A DNA stretch of 63,702 nt, filler included, from Octopus bimaculoides (GCF_001194135.2; 9 parts of 8 records of this genome joined end to end with filler, not necessarily neighbours in it), one strand, 5' to 3'; positions 48,861 through 62,503 are shown, counted from the first letter of the whole stretch. Translations and numbers: made by a program. The notes: generated from the letters alone by a model not told the origin.

Positions 48861-50111
48861 CATGGACGGACGGTAGACACATCGGCTCCCATGTAAGTTG
48901 CATTTTTCACCTCTTAAAAGACCTATTTTGTTTTAAAATTTTGTATAAGTTGTGTATAACACAAAATACTTCGTGAACATATATTTTTCAAATCGGAAAT
49001 AGCTCTATTTAGAGCCTTATTTCCAAAAATTCAAACATATCTTCCTCGTTCCTAGCCATATTCTTTAAAACGAATATGGCTAAGGTTTTCAACGAGGCTG
49101 ACTTCCCGCTCCTAATGCCAGAGGCGAAAACACTTAATGCCGTTCCGCATGAACGCAGACAAGTGATGAAGAAGAGCAATGATTCTGAGTCAANNNNNNN
49201 NNNNNNNNNNNNNNNNNNNNNNNNNNNNNNNNNNNNNTTAATTAATTAANNNNNNNNNNNNNNNNNNNNNNNNNNNNNNNNNNNNNNNNNNNNATATATA
49301 TAGGTGAAGTATATTTGCCACATTAATGACACAATCTGTCTGTCATTAGCAAGAGTAAATTTCACCCCCATCTCTCTGTCTCTGTCTGTCTCTGTCTCCA
49401 TCTGTTTGTCTGTCTGTCTCTGAGTTTACGTATTTTAAACAGAAAGTAAGTTTGGTATGCTAAATTTTTTGAACCTTTCTATTATATTTATTAACATATA
49501 ATACTACAAGAATTTGTGAACAAATAGTCAGGTTGCTACTGCTTCTACATATTTCTCTAAAGTATTTCATAAGTCTCATGTTCCTCAGCACTGCCATTCC
49601 ATTAGTTGCTTTAATTTGCATCTACCCTTTCACAGAGCTTTAGCCTGAGGCTGTTCAACAATTAGTTCAAGAATTCGATATTTCCTTACTCCTATGTAGA
49701 CAGCTTGAGTGAAAGCAGTGAGTCTTAGCTTGATTCATGGGAAGGAAGATAGTGAGACTATTGTGGTTACAGTAGTGAAAATAAAAGTGACTGTTTATTG
49801 GGTATGTCAGACACTGTAGGTTATCAGAGTAAGAATTTTTACCACACAGAAAAATTGCTTTTAAAATGATTCCAAAATATTTTCAAGAATACAAGAAAGA
49901 AAATTTTCAGAGGTGTACATGCCAGGCAACCGATTTGAAATGGGTGGGGGACCCCAAAAGAATGTAACAAAAACAAAAATACAACAACAATAAAGAATGC
50001 AGCATCAAATGTATTGTATTGTGGCTAAAAATTCTAGTATTCCATGGTTGGAAGTATTTGGTGTAAAGCATTCTTTGATAATAAAAAAAACCTTAACTAA
50101 TCTTTGATAAA

Positions 50112-50280
50112 TAGGCACAGGAGTGGTTGTGTGGTGAGAAGTTTGCTTCCCAACCACATGGTTCTGGGTTCAGTTTCACTGCATGTCACCTTGGGCAAGT
50201 GTCTTCCACTATAGCCTCGAGCCAATCAAAGCCTTGTGAGTGTATTTGGCAAGATGGAAACTGAAAGAAGCCCATCATAT
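50112..50280 (+). mobile_element. SINE family 1, 5' half
   Basis: GGCACAGGAGTGGTTGTGTGG..CCCAACCACATGGTTCTGGGTTCAG..GGAAACTGAAAGAAGCCC. Confidence 0.85.
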
Positions 50281-50461
50281 ATATGTGTGTATTTGTCAAT
50301 AACATAATCACTTGTAGCTCAGCAAATTTTGGAAATGCACAAATTAATGTAAACAAACACACATTCACAAACACATGTGTGCATGCGTGCACACACACAC
50401 ACACACACACATGGATATCTGTCATCCTTCTTGTTATCATCAGTCTATTTTCCATGCTGGA

Positions 50462-50502
<41 letters not shown>

Positions 50503-51696
50503 TGTGTGTAAGAACTTGCATCCTTGAAGATAAGAACTGTTCAATACCAAAGACAAGTTTTCACAGGTTTCTGGTGAATAAGAGATGAGCTATAATGATT
50601 AAAAAGAAGAATTATGGCATATATGAATTGATTTTGAAGCTTATAGCATGATTGATGAAGAGAGAAATTAAGCTACAAGTTTAGAAATTACTTTTTTCCA
50701 CTTGGGAAAAATCTCTAAGGAGATGAAAGTGTTGGGAAATTCAGAAAGCACAAGGGCACAAAAGTAACAGTTTGGTTAGGTTAAGTTCTTATTTTGTTAA
50801 ATCTTCTTAGATTATGTGACTGGAGATACAGAGTCAATGAATGAGGATTAAGAGTTAATTCTTCATATGTGTGAAAGATTAAATTAAAACGTGTTGAAAT
50901 AATTTTGTGAAAGTAGTTTCTTTGACAGAACCGAGACTAAAAAAAGAATTGGAAATATTTGTAAAGTTAATTAGTCTGAGAAAGGCTGACAATGTTTATA
51001 GGTTTTCTGGCTCATCATGGCTAGAGTTCATAAATTACTGAATGAGGTTGATAAGTTAATGTGCAGTTGGAATACTTGAATGATGTTTGTTAAAGAGAAT
51101 ACATAGATTTTGCAGTTCTAGGAAGTATGGATTGAACATTGTTAAATAAGGGTAACCTTGCTTGGAAGCCAACGGTGGTGGGGGTTGCTGACAGAAAGAG
51201 CATCCAGTTGTCGAAAAATCTGCTATATTGAATTCCATTTGACTCATAGAGAGGTATGTGTAGGGGTGCACTACCTCTAATCTATGATAATTAATCCATT
51301 GTAAGGCATATTAGTAACTGTATATATTGTCAGTAACACTTTAAGACTGAAATATTTCTCAACGTTTACTTTTCAAAAGGTAGCAGAATCTTCCTATAAT
51401 TTCTGATACTTTCTCCTGTATAGAAATGTGTGGTCAGAAGGAAAGATCACCAAAGGTTGTAAGGCTAAGCATTTTCAAAGAGTTTATGTTGGTGTCACTG
51501 CTGCCACCACTATCACCATTGTTCTTTTTGATGTCCACTTTTCTATGATTGCATAGGTCAATTCATTGAGGCAAATTTCCTATGGTTGGCTGCAAATGAA
51601 GAATTCAACTTGTATGATGAGGATGCTTATTTATAAATATCCTGTAATGTCAAAATAAAGCACTATAAACACACACATACACATATACATACAAAC

Positions 51697-51739
<43 letters not shown>

Positions 51740-52104
51740 NNNNNNNNNNNNNNNNNNNNNNNNNNNNNNNNNNNNNNNNNNNNTTAATTAATTAANNNNN
51801 NNNNNNNNNNNNNNNNNNNNNNNNNNNNNNNNNNNNNNNATTCCAAGAACGAAAAGAAATAGCAGCCGGAAACACGTGACCAAGGCTGTTTGAAAAGAAA
51901 GAGTAGTAGAGGGGAAAGAAGGGGAGGAAGTAGAATAAAAGTGAGCAACGAGAGGTAGAGAGAGAGAGAGATAGTAGTAATGGTGATAGGCGAAGGACGA
52001 GTAACAAGAGATAAAGAGAGAGAGAGAGGTAGTAGTGACAGGTAGAGGCGAAGAATAGTAGAGGGAAGAATGAGAGGGGGAGATATATATTTGTATATAT
52101 ATCT

Positions 52105-53279
52105 TTAGTTCGATTTCAATTTCACTTGCCTCACCAGGTTTTCGCAAGCGGAGTTTAGTGTCCAATGAAGGAAGGTATGCATAACTGAGCTGGCTACACT
52201 TTTGGCAGAGGCCTTGGATTTAGATCTTACTTGACTTGCCGGGTCTTTTCACGCACAGCGTATTTCGAAGCTATCAACTAAGTCTAGTTTTTCTCCATGG
52301 AATGTGACCAAAGTTCTTTTCTGCACATTTTCAGTGTTTATTGCTCCTGAACATCTGCCACATACAAAAACTAACTTCCTAGTTAGCCTTCCTTTGATAT
52401 TGCTGGACCTCTTATGTGTCCATAGCTTGCACTGGGTATATCTTATAGAGTTTCTACCTACGCCTTTTCTACAGATCGAGCAGCGCCATTTACCTGAAGG
52501 GGTGTGTGTTTTGTCTACCTTCCTACTTATTAGGACTTTGGTTTTAGCTAGGTTGACTCTAAGGCCCTTCGATTCTAGTCCTTGCTTCCACACCTGAAAC
52601 TTCTCCTCTAGTTCTGATAGTGACTCAGCAATTAGTGCAAGGTCATCAGCATAGAGAAGCNNNNNNNNNNNNNNNNNNNNNNNNNNNNNNNNNNNNNNNN
52701 NNNNNNNNNNNNNNNNNNNNNNNNNNNNNNNNNNNNNNNNNNNNNNNNNNNNNNNNNNNNNNNNNNNNNNNNNNNNNNNNNNNNNNNNNNNNNNNNNNNN
52801 NNNNNNNNNNNNNNTACACGGAACTCTTCACTGTACTCATTGCCATCCCTCACCTTACTGACAGCGTCTCTGTACATGGCTCGCACAGTTCACACTAACC
52901 ATTCTTCTTTCTCTAGTTTCCTCATTGACCACCAGATAAGGGATCGGGGGACCCTGTCAAAGGCTTTCTCCATGTCAACGAAAGCCAGGTACCGAGGTTT
53001 ATCTTTGGCTAGGTATTTCTCCTGCATCTGTCTTACCAGAAATATAGCATCAGTGGTGCTTTTCACTGGCACAAACCCAAACTGCATCTCATCTAAATTG
53101 ATTCGCTCCCTAATTAGTTGGGCTATGACCCTCTCCGTGACTTTCATTACCTGATCTAACAACTTGATGCCTCTGTAATTATTTGTATCTAAAGCGTCAC
53201 CTTTACCTCTGTAGCAGTTGACTATGGTGCTGCTACACCAGTCATTGGGTATGACTCCTTCATTTCCATATTTTTTCAA
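52105..53279 (-). mobile_element. RTE-clade LINE fragment (RT with PHD-like insertion; internally deleted; 3' end present)
   Basis: NYRGIKLL..QFGFVP.KSTTDAIF..AFVDMEKAFDRVPR; LLYADDLALIAES at about 52620-52660; WKQGLESKGLRVNLAKTK followed by a C4HC3-like motif, then a jump to the 3' UTR. Confidence 0.9.
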
Positions 53280-53317
53280 TGGTAAAATCTATATATAATA
53301 TATATATATATATATAT

Positions 53318-53475
53318 CATCATCATCATCGTATAACGTCTGCTTTCAATGCTAGCATGGGTTGGACAATTTGACTGAGAACTGGTGAACCAGATGGCTA
53401 CACCAGGCTCCAATCCGATTTGGCAGAGTTTCTACAGCTGGATGCCCTTCCTAACGCCAACCACTCCAAGAATGT
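53318..53475. mobile_element. SINE-like repeat family 3
   Basis: (CAT)n, CATGGGTTGGAC, CACCAGGCTCCAATC, CAGCTGGATGCCCTTCCTAACGCCAACCACTCC. Confidence 0.75.
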
Positions 53476-55834
53476 ATATATATATATATTTGTATATATA
53501 TATTTGTATATATGTATATATGTGTGTTTTGTTGATATATGGGCAACACACACACATACACATACGAACATGTATGCGTACAAAAAATATGTATGCAATT
53601 GGTGTACATACGTGTGTATGTGTGTGTTGCTCATATATATATATTTATATAGATAGGATGATAAATTGAATATTAATTCAATTTAAAACCAAGTGACCTA
53701 GTATATAATAAATCTGAAAATTCATAAAAAATTGTATTACACGTGTATAAGGGATGACCACTAGGTGGACATCCAATATGCTAGAAAGAGGTCATCAATG
53801 ACCCAACCACAAAGCAAAATAATGTTCTCCAGGAAAATTTCGCAAAACGCCAGAACAGGACAAAATGAGAAATATACAGAATANNNNNNNNNNNNNNNNN
53901 NNNNNNNNNNNNNNNNNNNNNNNNNNNTTAATTAATTAANNNNNNNNNNNNNNNNNNNNNNNNNNNNNNNNNNNNNNNNNNNNTGTGTGTGTGTGTGTGT
54001 AAGCGTGCGTTTTGGTGTCAATATAAAGGAGCAGTCAATGAACGCCTATGTGGTAGAAAAATTTGCTAGAAATCATTGCCAAATTCTTCTTAAATCGGAA
54101 TAAGTACATGACGAAACATTAGAAAAAAACAAAGGAATAAAAAAACAAAAAAAAACAAAAAAACGCCAATTATCAGATATCGATGGAATGATCATGGCTA
54201 GAAGGTCTCTGCTGGTAGATCTGCTTTATTCAGGGGTTACCTTGATGCTATGCAATAAGATATAAACTTCAAAGAAATGTAAATAATATACATGTGTGTG
54301 TGTGCATCAGTGTGTGTGTGTGTGTGTGTGTGTAAACATTATTAACCTTTGAAATAAATACTGGTCATGTGTAAGTATGTATGTCACACGTATGTATATT
54401 TGTATGTATGTATGTATGTATGTATGTATATCAGCAGTACCTACTAGAAAGGTTAATGTCTTCAGGAGACAGGACCAAGTACGGTCATAAAAAATTAAAA
54501 AAATGCTCATGTATACGTGTGTGTTTAGGTGTATGGGTGTGTGCGTGCATGTGTACATATATTTACNNNNNNNNNNNNNNNNNNNNNNNNNNNNNNNNNN
54601 NNNNNNNNNNNNNNNNNNNNNNNNNNNNNNNNNNNNNNNNNNNNNNNNNNNNNNNNNNNNNNNNNNNNNNNNNNNNNNNNNNNNNNNNNNNNNNNNNNNN
54701 NNNNNNNNNNNNNNNNNNNNNNNNNNNNNNNNNNNNNNNNNNNNNNNNNNNNNNNNNNNNNNNNNNNNNNNNNNNNNNNNNNNNNNNNNNNNNNNNNNNN
54801 NNNNNNNNNNNNNNNNNNNNNNNNNNNNNNNNNNNNNNNNNNNNNNNNNNNNNNNNNNNNNNNNNNNNNNNNNNNNNNNNNNNNNNNNNNNNNNNNNNNN
54901 NNNNNNNNNNNNNNNNNNNNNNNNNNNNNNNNNNNNNNNNNNNNNNNNNNNNNNNNNNNNNNNNNNNNNNNNNNNNNNNNNNNNNNNNNNNNNNNNNNNN
55001 NNNNNNNNNNNNNNNNNNNNNNNNNNNNNNNNNNNNNNNNNNNNNNNNNNNNNNNNNNNNNNNNNNNNNNNNNNNNNNNNNNNNNNNNNNNNNNNNNNNN
55101 NNNNNNNNNNNNNNNNNNNNNNNNNNNNNNNNNNNNNNNNNNNNNNNNNNNNNNNNNNNNNNNNNNNNNNNNNNNNNNNNNNNNNNNNNNNNNNNNNNNN
55201 NNNNNNNNNNNNNNNNNNNNNNNNNNNNNNNNNNNNNNNNNNNNNNNNNNNNNNNNNNNNNNNNNNNNNNNNNNNNNNNNNNNNNNNNNNNNNNNNNNNN
55301 NNNNNNNNNNNNNNNNNNNNNNNNNNNNNNNNNNNNNNNNNNNNNNNNNNNNNNNNNNNNNNNNNNNNNNNNNNNNNNNNNNNNNNNNNNNNNNNNNNNN
55401 NNNNNNNNNNNNNNNNNNNNNNNNNNNNNNNNNNNNNNNNNNNNNNNNNNNNNNNNNNNNNNNNNNNNNNNNNNNNNNNNNNNNNNNNNNNNNNNNNNNN
55501 NNNNNNNNNNNNNNNNNNNNNNNNNNNNNNNNNNNNNNNNNNNNNAGAGAGAGAGAGAGAGAGAGAGAGGGGGGAGAGAGAATTGGAGAGAGAGGGAGCT
55601 TCAATTCAAACACATGACGTGCTAGAAATAGCAGCTAAATAACCTTCTCAAATTACACGCTACTGGGTCCTTCTACTCCTGAATAATTTTCTATGCATGC
55701 GTAAAAATATAATGGTGTGCTCGAAGTACAAACGCTATATACATAGATGTATATGCGTAAGGTTGCGTATGTGTGGGTTGCATATGTATGTATGTATGTA
55801 TGTATGTATTTATGTTTGTATGTATGTATGTATG

Positions 55835-55866
<32 letters not shown>

Positions 55867-56171
55867 GATACATGATATTACTTATCAGCATGTAATAATA
55901 ATAATAAAACATGTTACTGAGTAGAAACATGAAAATAAGTGTAGTGTTATGTAAGGTCAAGAATATCGTATTCTCATATACATACTTATATAAATACTTA
56001 TCTACCTCCACATAAACACATATACATACATACATACACATATATANNNNNNNNNNNNNNNNNNNNNNNNNNNNNNNNNNNNNNNNNNNNTTAATTAATT
56101 AANNNNNNNNNNNNNNNNNNNNNNNNNNNNNNNNNNNNNNNNNNNNTTATTATTATTATTATTATTATTAC

Positions 56172-56204
<33 letters not shown>

Positions 56205-56209
56205 TATTA

Positions 56210-56352
56210 TATTAATGTTCTGAGTTCAAATTCCACCGAGGTCGACTTTGCCTTTCATCCTTTCGAGGTCGATAAAAGAAGTACCAGTGAAACATTGGGT
56301 CGACTAGTCCCCCCCCCACAAAAGTTCAGGCCTTGTGCCTTTAGTAGAAAGG
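56210..56352 (+). mobile_element. SINE family 4, 5'-truncated, with (ATT)n tail
   Basis: B-box-like GAGTTCAAATTCC, then CCGAGGTCGACTTTGCCTTTCATCCTTTCGAGGTCGATAAA (resembles the MetaSINE central domain as recalled, unverified). Decayed minus-strand relatives near 22470 and 27600. Confidence 0.7.
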
Positions 56353-56389
56353 ATTATTATTATTATTATCATTATTATTATTATTATCA

Positions 56390-56451
<62 letters not shown>
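56353..56451. repeat. (ATT)n microsatellite
   Basis: Read directly. Confidence 0.95.
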
Positions 56452-56454
<3 letters not shown>

Positions 56455-58950
56455 GCCGTCATCCGAAGAAGCCAGGCTTGTCCTCGGCTCCGTAATTTGT
56501 TTTCGAAAATCGTCAGTTTTCTCCGCAAAATAGCGGTGCTTTCCTTTCATTTTCAACCAGGGTGGGGAATAAGGGATCCTTGTTTTGCTGGTGAGTTCCT
56601 TTTTTGTTCAAAGTCCCCCTATTTTGGGAGGAACTTATCAAATTTATTCCATTCTTTATCCTACGTGGAAACATTTAGAATTTTGCTCAATGGCAGCAAC
56701 AAATAGTTTCGAGGGAGTTTCCTTCGTCGATGATAGAGGGGGAGAGACAGAGAAATGTCTTGCTACCAAAATGAGACGGGGTGACAGTTCTTCGCCTGTT
56801 AGGCGTGACTACTAGACAAGCAAGCAGGCAAAACAAGATGACCGTTCCAATCACAAACAACACCTCCGACACCGCTGCCATCATCACCTCCGCCACTATC
56901 ACTACGAACAACAACAACAAAGACAACTGTAGAAGCAACAACAGGAACAGCAGCAGCAACAGAGGCAGCAGCAAGAGAGACAGCGGCAACAGATGCGGCA
57001 GCGACAGCAGCAGCAGCAGCAGCAGCAGCAATAACAGCAGTAAAGCTTTGACGGGAGAGACAAATAAGCAGTACAGCTACGATATAAATGAATTCTCCCC
57101 GTTAGCAAGTAGCTTGGCTACTTCGGTCAACAATAAGAACATCACTACAAACAATAGATTCGCTAAACCTCCAACTAACATCAACAACGATAGGAACAAC
57201 ATCAGCAGCAAAAACGATATGATCACCACCAACAATAGCAGTAACGATAAAAACAACTCCTTTGCAGGAGTAACAAAATTACAGGAGTAAATCTCCTTGG
57301 AAGGAAGACGTGCGTACCTGAGTGAAGCAGAAAAACTCCTCAACGGAGGGGATAGGAAAAGCAAGCTTGCTATCCCTTTAGATTTGATGGAGAAGATGCA
57401 GATTTGATAGAGAAGATGTTGTTGTGTGTCGCTAACGACGAGAAAATCTCAATGAGCCAAACATCCGAGTAGAAAAATGCTTGAAGGGCATTTGGACTGA
57501 TATTGATTTCCGCATACGAGGGATACAATATGGTTCTGTGGAAGTGAGGTTCCTCACAGAGATACTGGCCCCAAAACACTCACTGGTCCAGTTCGAACAC
57601 GTGGATCTTCTTCCTACAAACCTTGGACGGCGGGTGGTGAAAGCTAAAATATCAGATGTCCCACCAGAATTAGACATTTGGTGGTTGGTTGCGTGCGCTG
57701 TGGTCTAACTGGTCCAGAATCGGGTTGAAAATTTTGGTCCCGGAAAAACCGGAATCCCTGAACAAGGTCCCCGACCTTATCGAGCTGCCCAATGGAGCAC
57801 AACTCCAAGTCGTGGTGGAAGGGAGAAAGCCAAGGTGCTAAACTTGTGGGTATAACGCCCATTTGAAGGTCCGCTCTGCACAAAATCAACAAAATGGAGC
57901 TCGAGAAACGGTGGCTCTGCTACCACCACCACCACCACCACCACAAGAAGGTCAAAAGCTGCGACAGAAATCAATGCAGCGACATTAAATCAACATTCTC
58001 AACAGCAGAATCCCACCACCATAATGGTACCAACAAGTGAAGAGCGGCGGAAACAAGCAATGCCCGACCATCCCTACAGGCGGACGACATAGATACACGG
58101 TATACTCGCGACACGGGCGTTTCAGAAGCTTTGTCATGCGACTAGGAGGAACCGAACTCCCAAGAAGGACTTATGTTGAGGAAAAGCGAAAAAATAGTTT
58201 TAAAAAAGGCCGTCTTAAGCTGAAAGGGAAAATACAGGACGAGGCAAATTCACCTAATCCATCAGCTACACTAACAACACCGGCACACTCACCCAAATCT
58301 CAACAACAAAAGCAATGAACATTCATCCAACCACAACCACAACTACAAAAAACACCAAAACTGAAACAAATACACGAAGAGAAACACCAATCACAAGAGC
58401 TACCCCTACAACTGACTACAGAACTCGAACGCCTCATCAACTTCACAGTCGTTCGCAAAAGCAACTGCGAGCTGATGCAGGAAATAATGGAAAGCACAAA
58501 CATTCACACAAAAGGAGTAGGATTCGATGAATTTCTGTTGAAAACTCCCTATAACAGACGGCTGATCAAAACGGTCACTCACACTTATCTAGAACTTTTT
58601 TAAAAATAACCAAATATGCGTCGGGCCTTTTAGGCAAAAGCCGGATAAGAGGCATTTATGAAGGCCCTTCATTAAGACGAGGCAGCTGAATCAGCCAACC
58701 CTCTCAAAATCCAAGGTAAGTGACCTTCTTCCGTTTTGTTTCTCCGATAATCATGTTCGTTTTCAGAGTAAGATGTATGAATGTTCGTGATCAAGACATA
58801 AAAATAAACAAAAATCAACATACCCGACGAACATTCCATATATTCAGCATGGTACATAGACGATTGTTTATCCCTATATATCCATGAAAGAGGCGGGCTT
58901 TTTGAATTACACTTCGGCACATGTCTTTTGCAGAAAAAATATTCAGCACT
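56452..58950 (+). mobile_element. LINE ORF1-like remnant (Tx1/L1-type gag zinc knuckle), no ORF2 seen
   Basis: Frameshifted coding: MAATNSFEG at 56690, N/S-rich segment, KGIWTDIDFRIRGIQYGSVEVRF..GRRVVKAKISDVPPELDIWWL, LNKVPDLIELPNGAQLQVVVEGRKPRC*TCGYNAHLKVRS (CX2CX4HX4[C>S], 57836-57877). Clade assignment is inference. Confidence 0.6.
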
Positions 58951-59429
58951 GAATATATTCTATTTATAATTCAATAATAGGATAAAGACTTTATAAGAAT
59001 TTATCAAGTTGTTAGCGTTGATTTTTGTTTATTTTTATGTGTCTTGACCATACGTGTACTGATGAATAAATGATGCAGATTACTGCGTTGATTATTAAAC
59101 CATTGGTTTACCGTTAAGTTAAAAGTTTTTAGGAGAAGAGCTTTGAGAGTTGCGTTCCCTCGCGATCGGTAAAAATGTGCTTATTATAGTAGTTTGACTT
59201 CTGGAGTCCCTCTTAGCGTGAGGCGTTATTGTATAGTAATGCCCTTATATAAATTAAATTACATATATATATATATATATATATAAATATATANNNNNNN
59301 NNNNNNNNNNNNNNNNNNNNNNNNNNNNNNNNNNNNNNNNNNNNNNNNNNNNNNNNNNNNNNNNNNNNNNNNNNNNNNNNNNNNNNNNNNNNNNNNNNNN
59401 NNNNNNNNTATATATATACAAATATATTT

Positions 59430-59627
59430 GACGAGCTTCTTTCAGTTTCCGTCTACTAAATCCACTCACAATTGTTTGGTCGATCCCATGGTATAGTAAA
59501 AGACACTTGTCCAAGGTACCATGCAGTGGAAGTGAATCTGGAACTAGGTGGTTGGGAAGCAAGCTTCTTACCACACAGCTGCGCCTGTGCCTATAGCTTC
59601 ATACTACACAGCCACACTTGCGCCTAT
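59430..59627 (-). mobile_element. SINE family 1, 5' half with duplicated head
   Basis: GAGCTTCTTTCAGTTTCCGTCTAC..GGTTGGGAAGCAAGCTTCTTACCACACAGC, with a second CTACACAGCCAC. Confidence 0.8.
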
Positions 59628-59631
59628 GTAC

Positions 59632-59672
<41 letters not shown>

Positions 59673-60837
59673 NNNNNNNNNNGTGTGTGTGTGTGTGTGT
59701 GTATGTGTGCGTGTGCGTGTGTGTGTGTGTGTAAGGATAATATGTTATACGTATATGTATTAGCAATGACGTTATATTCGTACGCCAGATTCCTGCGCAT
59801 AGAATACAGTGAGACGTGTAAAAATCGCGATACAAGAAAACTCCACATAATCACTCACCATGTACAAATATATGAACTCATACTAATCTACCTACATGCA
59901 GACAATTATATATATAAATCAAAATACTTTCTCAAGAAGTGCAACAAATTTTGAACAAATTTGATGCGAAAATGTTGAATTATTCAAGATTGAATTTTGT
60001 TTTACGTATGAATCATGGAATATTTTGAAGTAGTTTCCTTTCCATATTTATTTATCAATTATTTATTATTTATTTATTTACTCATCTATTTAAAACTCCA
60101 TGTCATATGAAGTGAACTAAATACAGTGTTATTAATACGTAGCCTTTAGTAAAAAAAAAAAAAAAGAACTTATCTTTCCAAACCTAATTTACTTCTGAAG
60201 TTTCTATTCGATAAAAGTGCCATATTTTGCTATTACCATATTTCGTCTTTCAGCGCTCACCATTATTTGTTTCGCAGCAAACGTTGAACATTTATTGTCA
60301 TTTTTAATATTTTTTTTTATATATATAACCGTCTTAACTTAGTGATTAACAAAAGTATTATTATATTTTTCGTTTAAATTAGTATTGTTACAACATTGTT
60401 CCTGTTCGTAACATACCCATTCATAGAATAATTGGTTTTATCTCACCTTTTGTTTAAGAATAAAAACAACATCCAATGTATAAATGGTGTGATGCAACCA
60501 AACTTAACAAAACAGTAAAACAGTTAATTAGAATCACAAATTTTTTTGTACGACGTAAAAATTTATACTTATTTTCTTTCTCACTATGTGTGTGTGCGTG
60601 TGTGTGTGTGTGTAAGTATGTATTAGCTATAAGCGACAGAAGCGGTCTTTGTAACGAGTATGACTTTCCACATTCACCTTAACTTGAAAGTGCTGTGTAA
60701 ACTCCAAAAACTGTATGAAATATCTGCGTTAAGCATGATATACAGAATACTATTTTGAACTAGTATTGCTTATATCCCTAATATATTTATTCTGTATGTT
60801 ACTTTATATACCTATATTTGTCTATATATACTTAGAC

Positions 60838-60838
<1 letters not shown>

Positions 60839-60904
<66 letters not shown>
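60839..60904. repeat. (GATA)n microsatellite
   Basis: Read directly. Confidence 0.95.
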
Positions 60905-61289
60905 NNNNNNNNNNNNNNNNNNNNNNNNNNNNNNNNNNNNNNNNNNNNTTAATTAATTAANNNNNNNNNNNNNNNNNNNNNNNNNNNNNNNNNNNNNNNN
61001 NNNNCAATCTATAAATGTCTTTGAATAACCAGTCACTCATCTGGGAGGGCCTTGAAATCAATGTTACCACCCGGGGACTATGTGTGACCCAGTGATAATA
61101 AAAAGACTCAAAGGAGGTCTGCAAGGAAATAACTTTACTCAACATTTTGCAACTGAATCAGTGGAGGCAAGGATGTCTCTCATTTACTTGACAATTTATG
61201 CACCACATTGCATAAATCACAATCTAAGTATATCTCTTTTGTGCTCGGGTGACCCTACAGCTTCCAAGAGTACAACTGTATTCGACTTT

Positions 61290-62053
61290 GCTTAGATAAA
61301 ATGACTAAATTGTGGGTGTTAAGTCCCCATGAAGAGGTCTTTCTAACTTCTAAGAAGCTGAAATTTTAAAAATATTACTTCATATGTGTTTAATATCTAT
61401 GGTCAAAATTTCATCAACAGCAAAAAATATATGAATTTTCATGGGGGTTATGGCCCTTATGCATAGAATATAATTATCAAATTTCATAAAGATCCATTCA
61501 GTACTTTTGACCTAGTTTTGGATTATAAAAAATGACTAAAATTTGGGAGTTAAGGCCCCCATTAGGGGGTCTTAGAATCCTCATGTGAAGTAGAAAGTTT
61601 GAGAATACATCTTGATGTGTGTCAATTACCCATGGTTGAAATTTCATCAACATCGAAAATTTATGGATTTTCATGGGGTTCCGCCCCCTTTAAGCCATCT
61701 CAAATTCAAACCAAACATACTGCATTATACCCGCCCTTATGCATTGAATGTAAGTTCCAAATATCATAAGGATCCATTCAATAATTTTGGTTCAGGAAAT
61801 TGTATGAAACACATAGTATTACCCTTCTCCCTAGGTTTGGGTTTTGTGTTCGAAATTTCATTAGGATCGGCGCAGTAGTTTTCGAATGTATAAGTAACAC
61901 ACGAATACACAAAAAGACATTAACTTTTATATAATAGATATGAATATACACATATACATACATGTATATCTTGGATTATAAAAAATGACTAAAATTTAGG
62001 AGTTAAGGCCCCCATTAGGGGGTCTTAGAATCCTCATGAGAAGTGGAAAGTTT
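61290..62053 (+). mobile_element. Non-autonomous Helitron-like repeat with internal tandem units
   Basis: Recurring AAATTTCAT units; end AATTTCATTAGGATCGG..CTTTTATATAATAGAT at about 61855-61940; near-identical direct repeat at about 61518-61603 and 61971-62053. The Helitron assignment is by recalled resemblance to Lep1-type elements. Confidence 0.45.
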
Positions 62054-62066
62054 GTGTGTGTGCGTG

Positions 62067-62109
<43 letters not shown>

Positions 62110-62169
62110 AAAGGATAGATTGATAGAGGCAACTGAGTGGGCAAAGATAAATATGAGACACTGCCTAGT

Positions 62170-62503
62170 GCTTTTTTCTTTTGATAAGCCTGGTACTTAT
62201 TCTATCAGTTTCTTCTTGTCAAACCAGTAAGTTAACGGGATGTAAATAAACGAACAGCAGTTGTGAAGTAGTGATGAGGGAGAAACACAGAGACGAAGAC
62301 ACACACATACACTTACATATATATATACATACATATATATACGATTGATTTCTTTCAGTTTCTGTCTACGAAATCCACTCACAAGGCTTTGGCTGGTCTG
62401 AGGCTATAGCAGAAGACACATGCCAAGTCACCACACAGTGGGACTGAACCCAGGACCATGTGTTTTGGAACCAAGTTTCTTACCACACAGCCACACCTGC
62501 ACC
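62170..62503 (-). mobile_element. SINE family 1, diverged copy
   Basis: AAGCCTGGTACTTATTCTATC..; TTCTTTCAGTTTCTGTCTACGAAATCCACTCACAAGGC..GGGACTGAACCCAGGACCATG. Confidence 0.8.

Noticed and set aside
51860-51890. CAGCC-GGAAACACGTGAC-CAAGGCTG resembling the 3' half of a hammerhead
   Set aside because: The CUGANGA box and stem II are absent and the triplet is GAC; upstream sequence is in a gap.
54381-55642. Longest ORFs in the track (and similar ORFs at 6539, 29251, 41216)
   Set aside because: They are translations of N gaps and microsatellites, not genes.
58615-58650. TCGGGCCTTTTAGGC resembling the U2 snRNA 5' end (Keno-type Tx1 target)
   Set aside because: The match is too short and gapped, with no branch-point recognition sequence or Sm site.
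61005-61290. KGGLQGNNF resembling an RT QG motif
   Set aside because: No YxDD or other RT motifs nearby.
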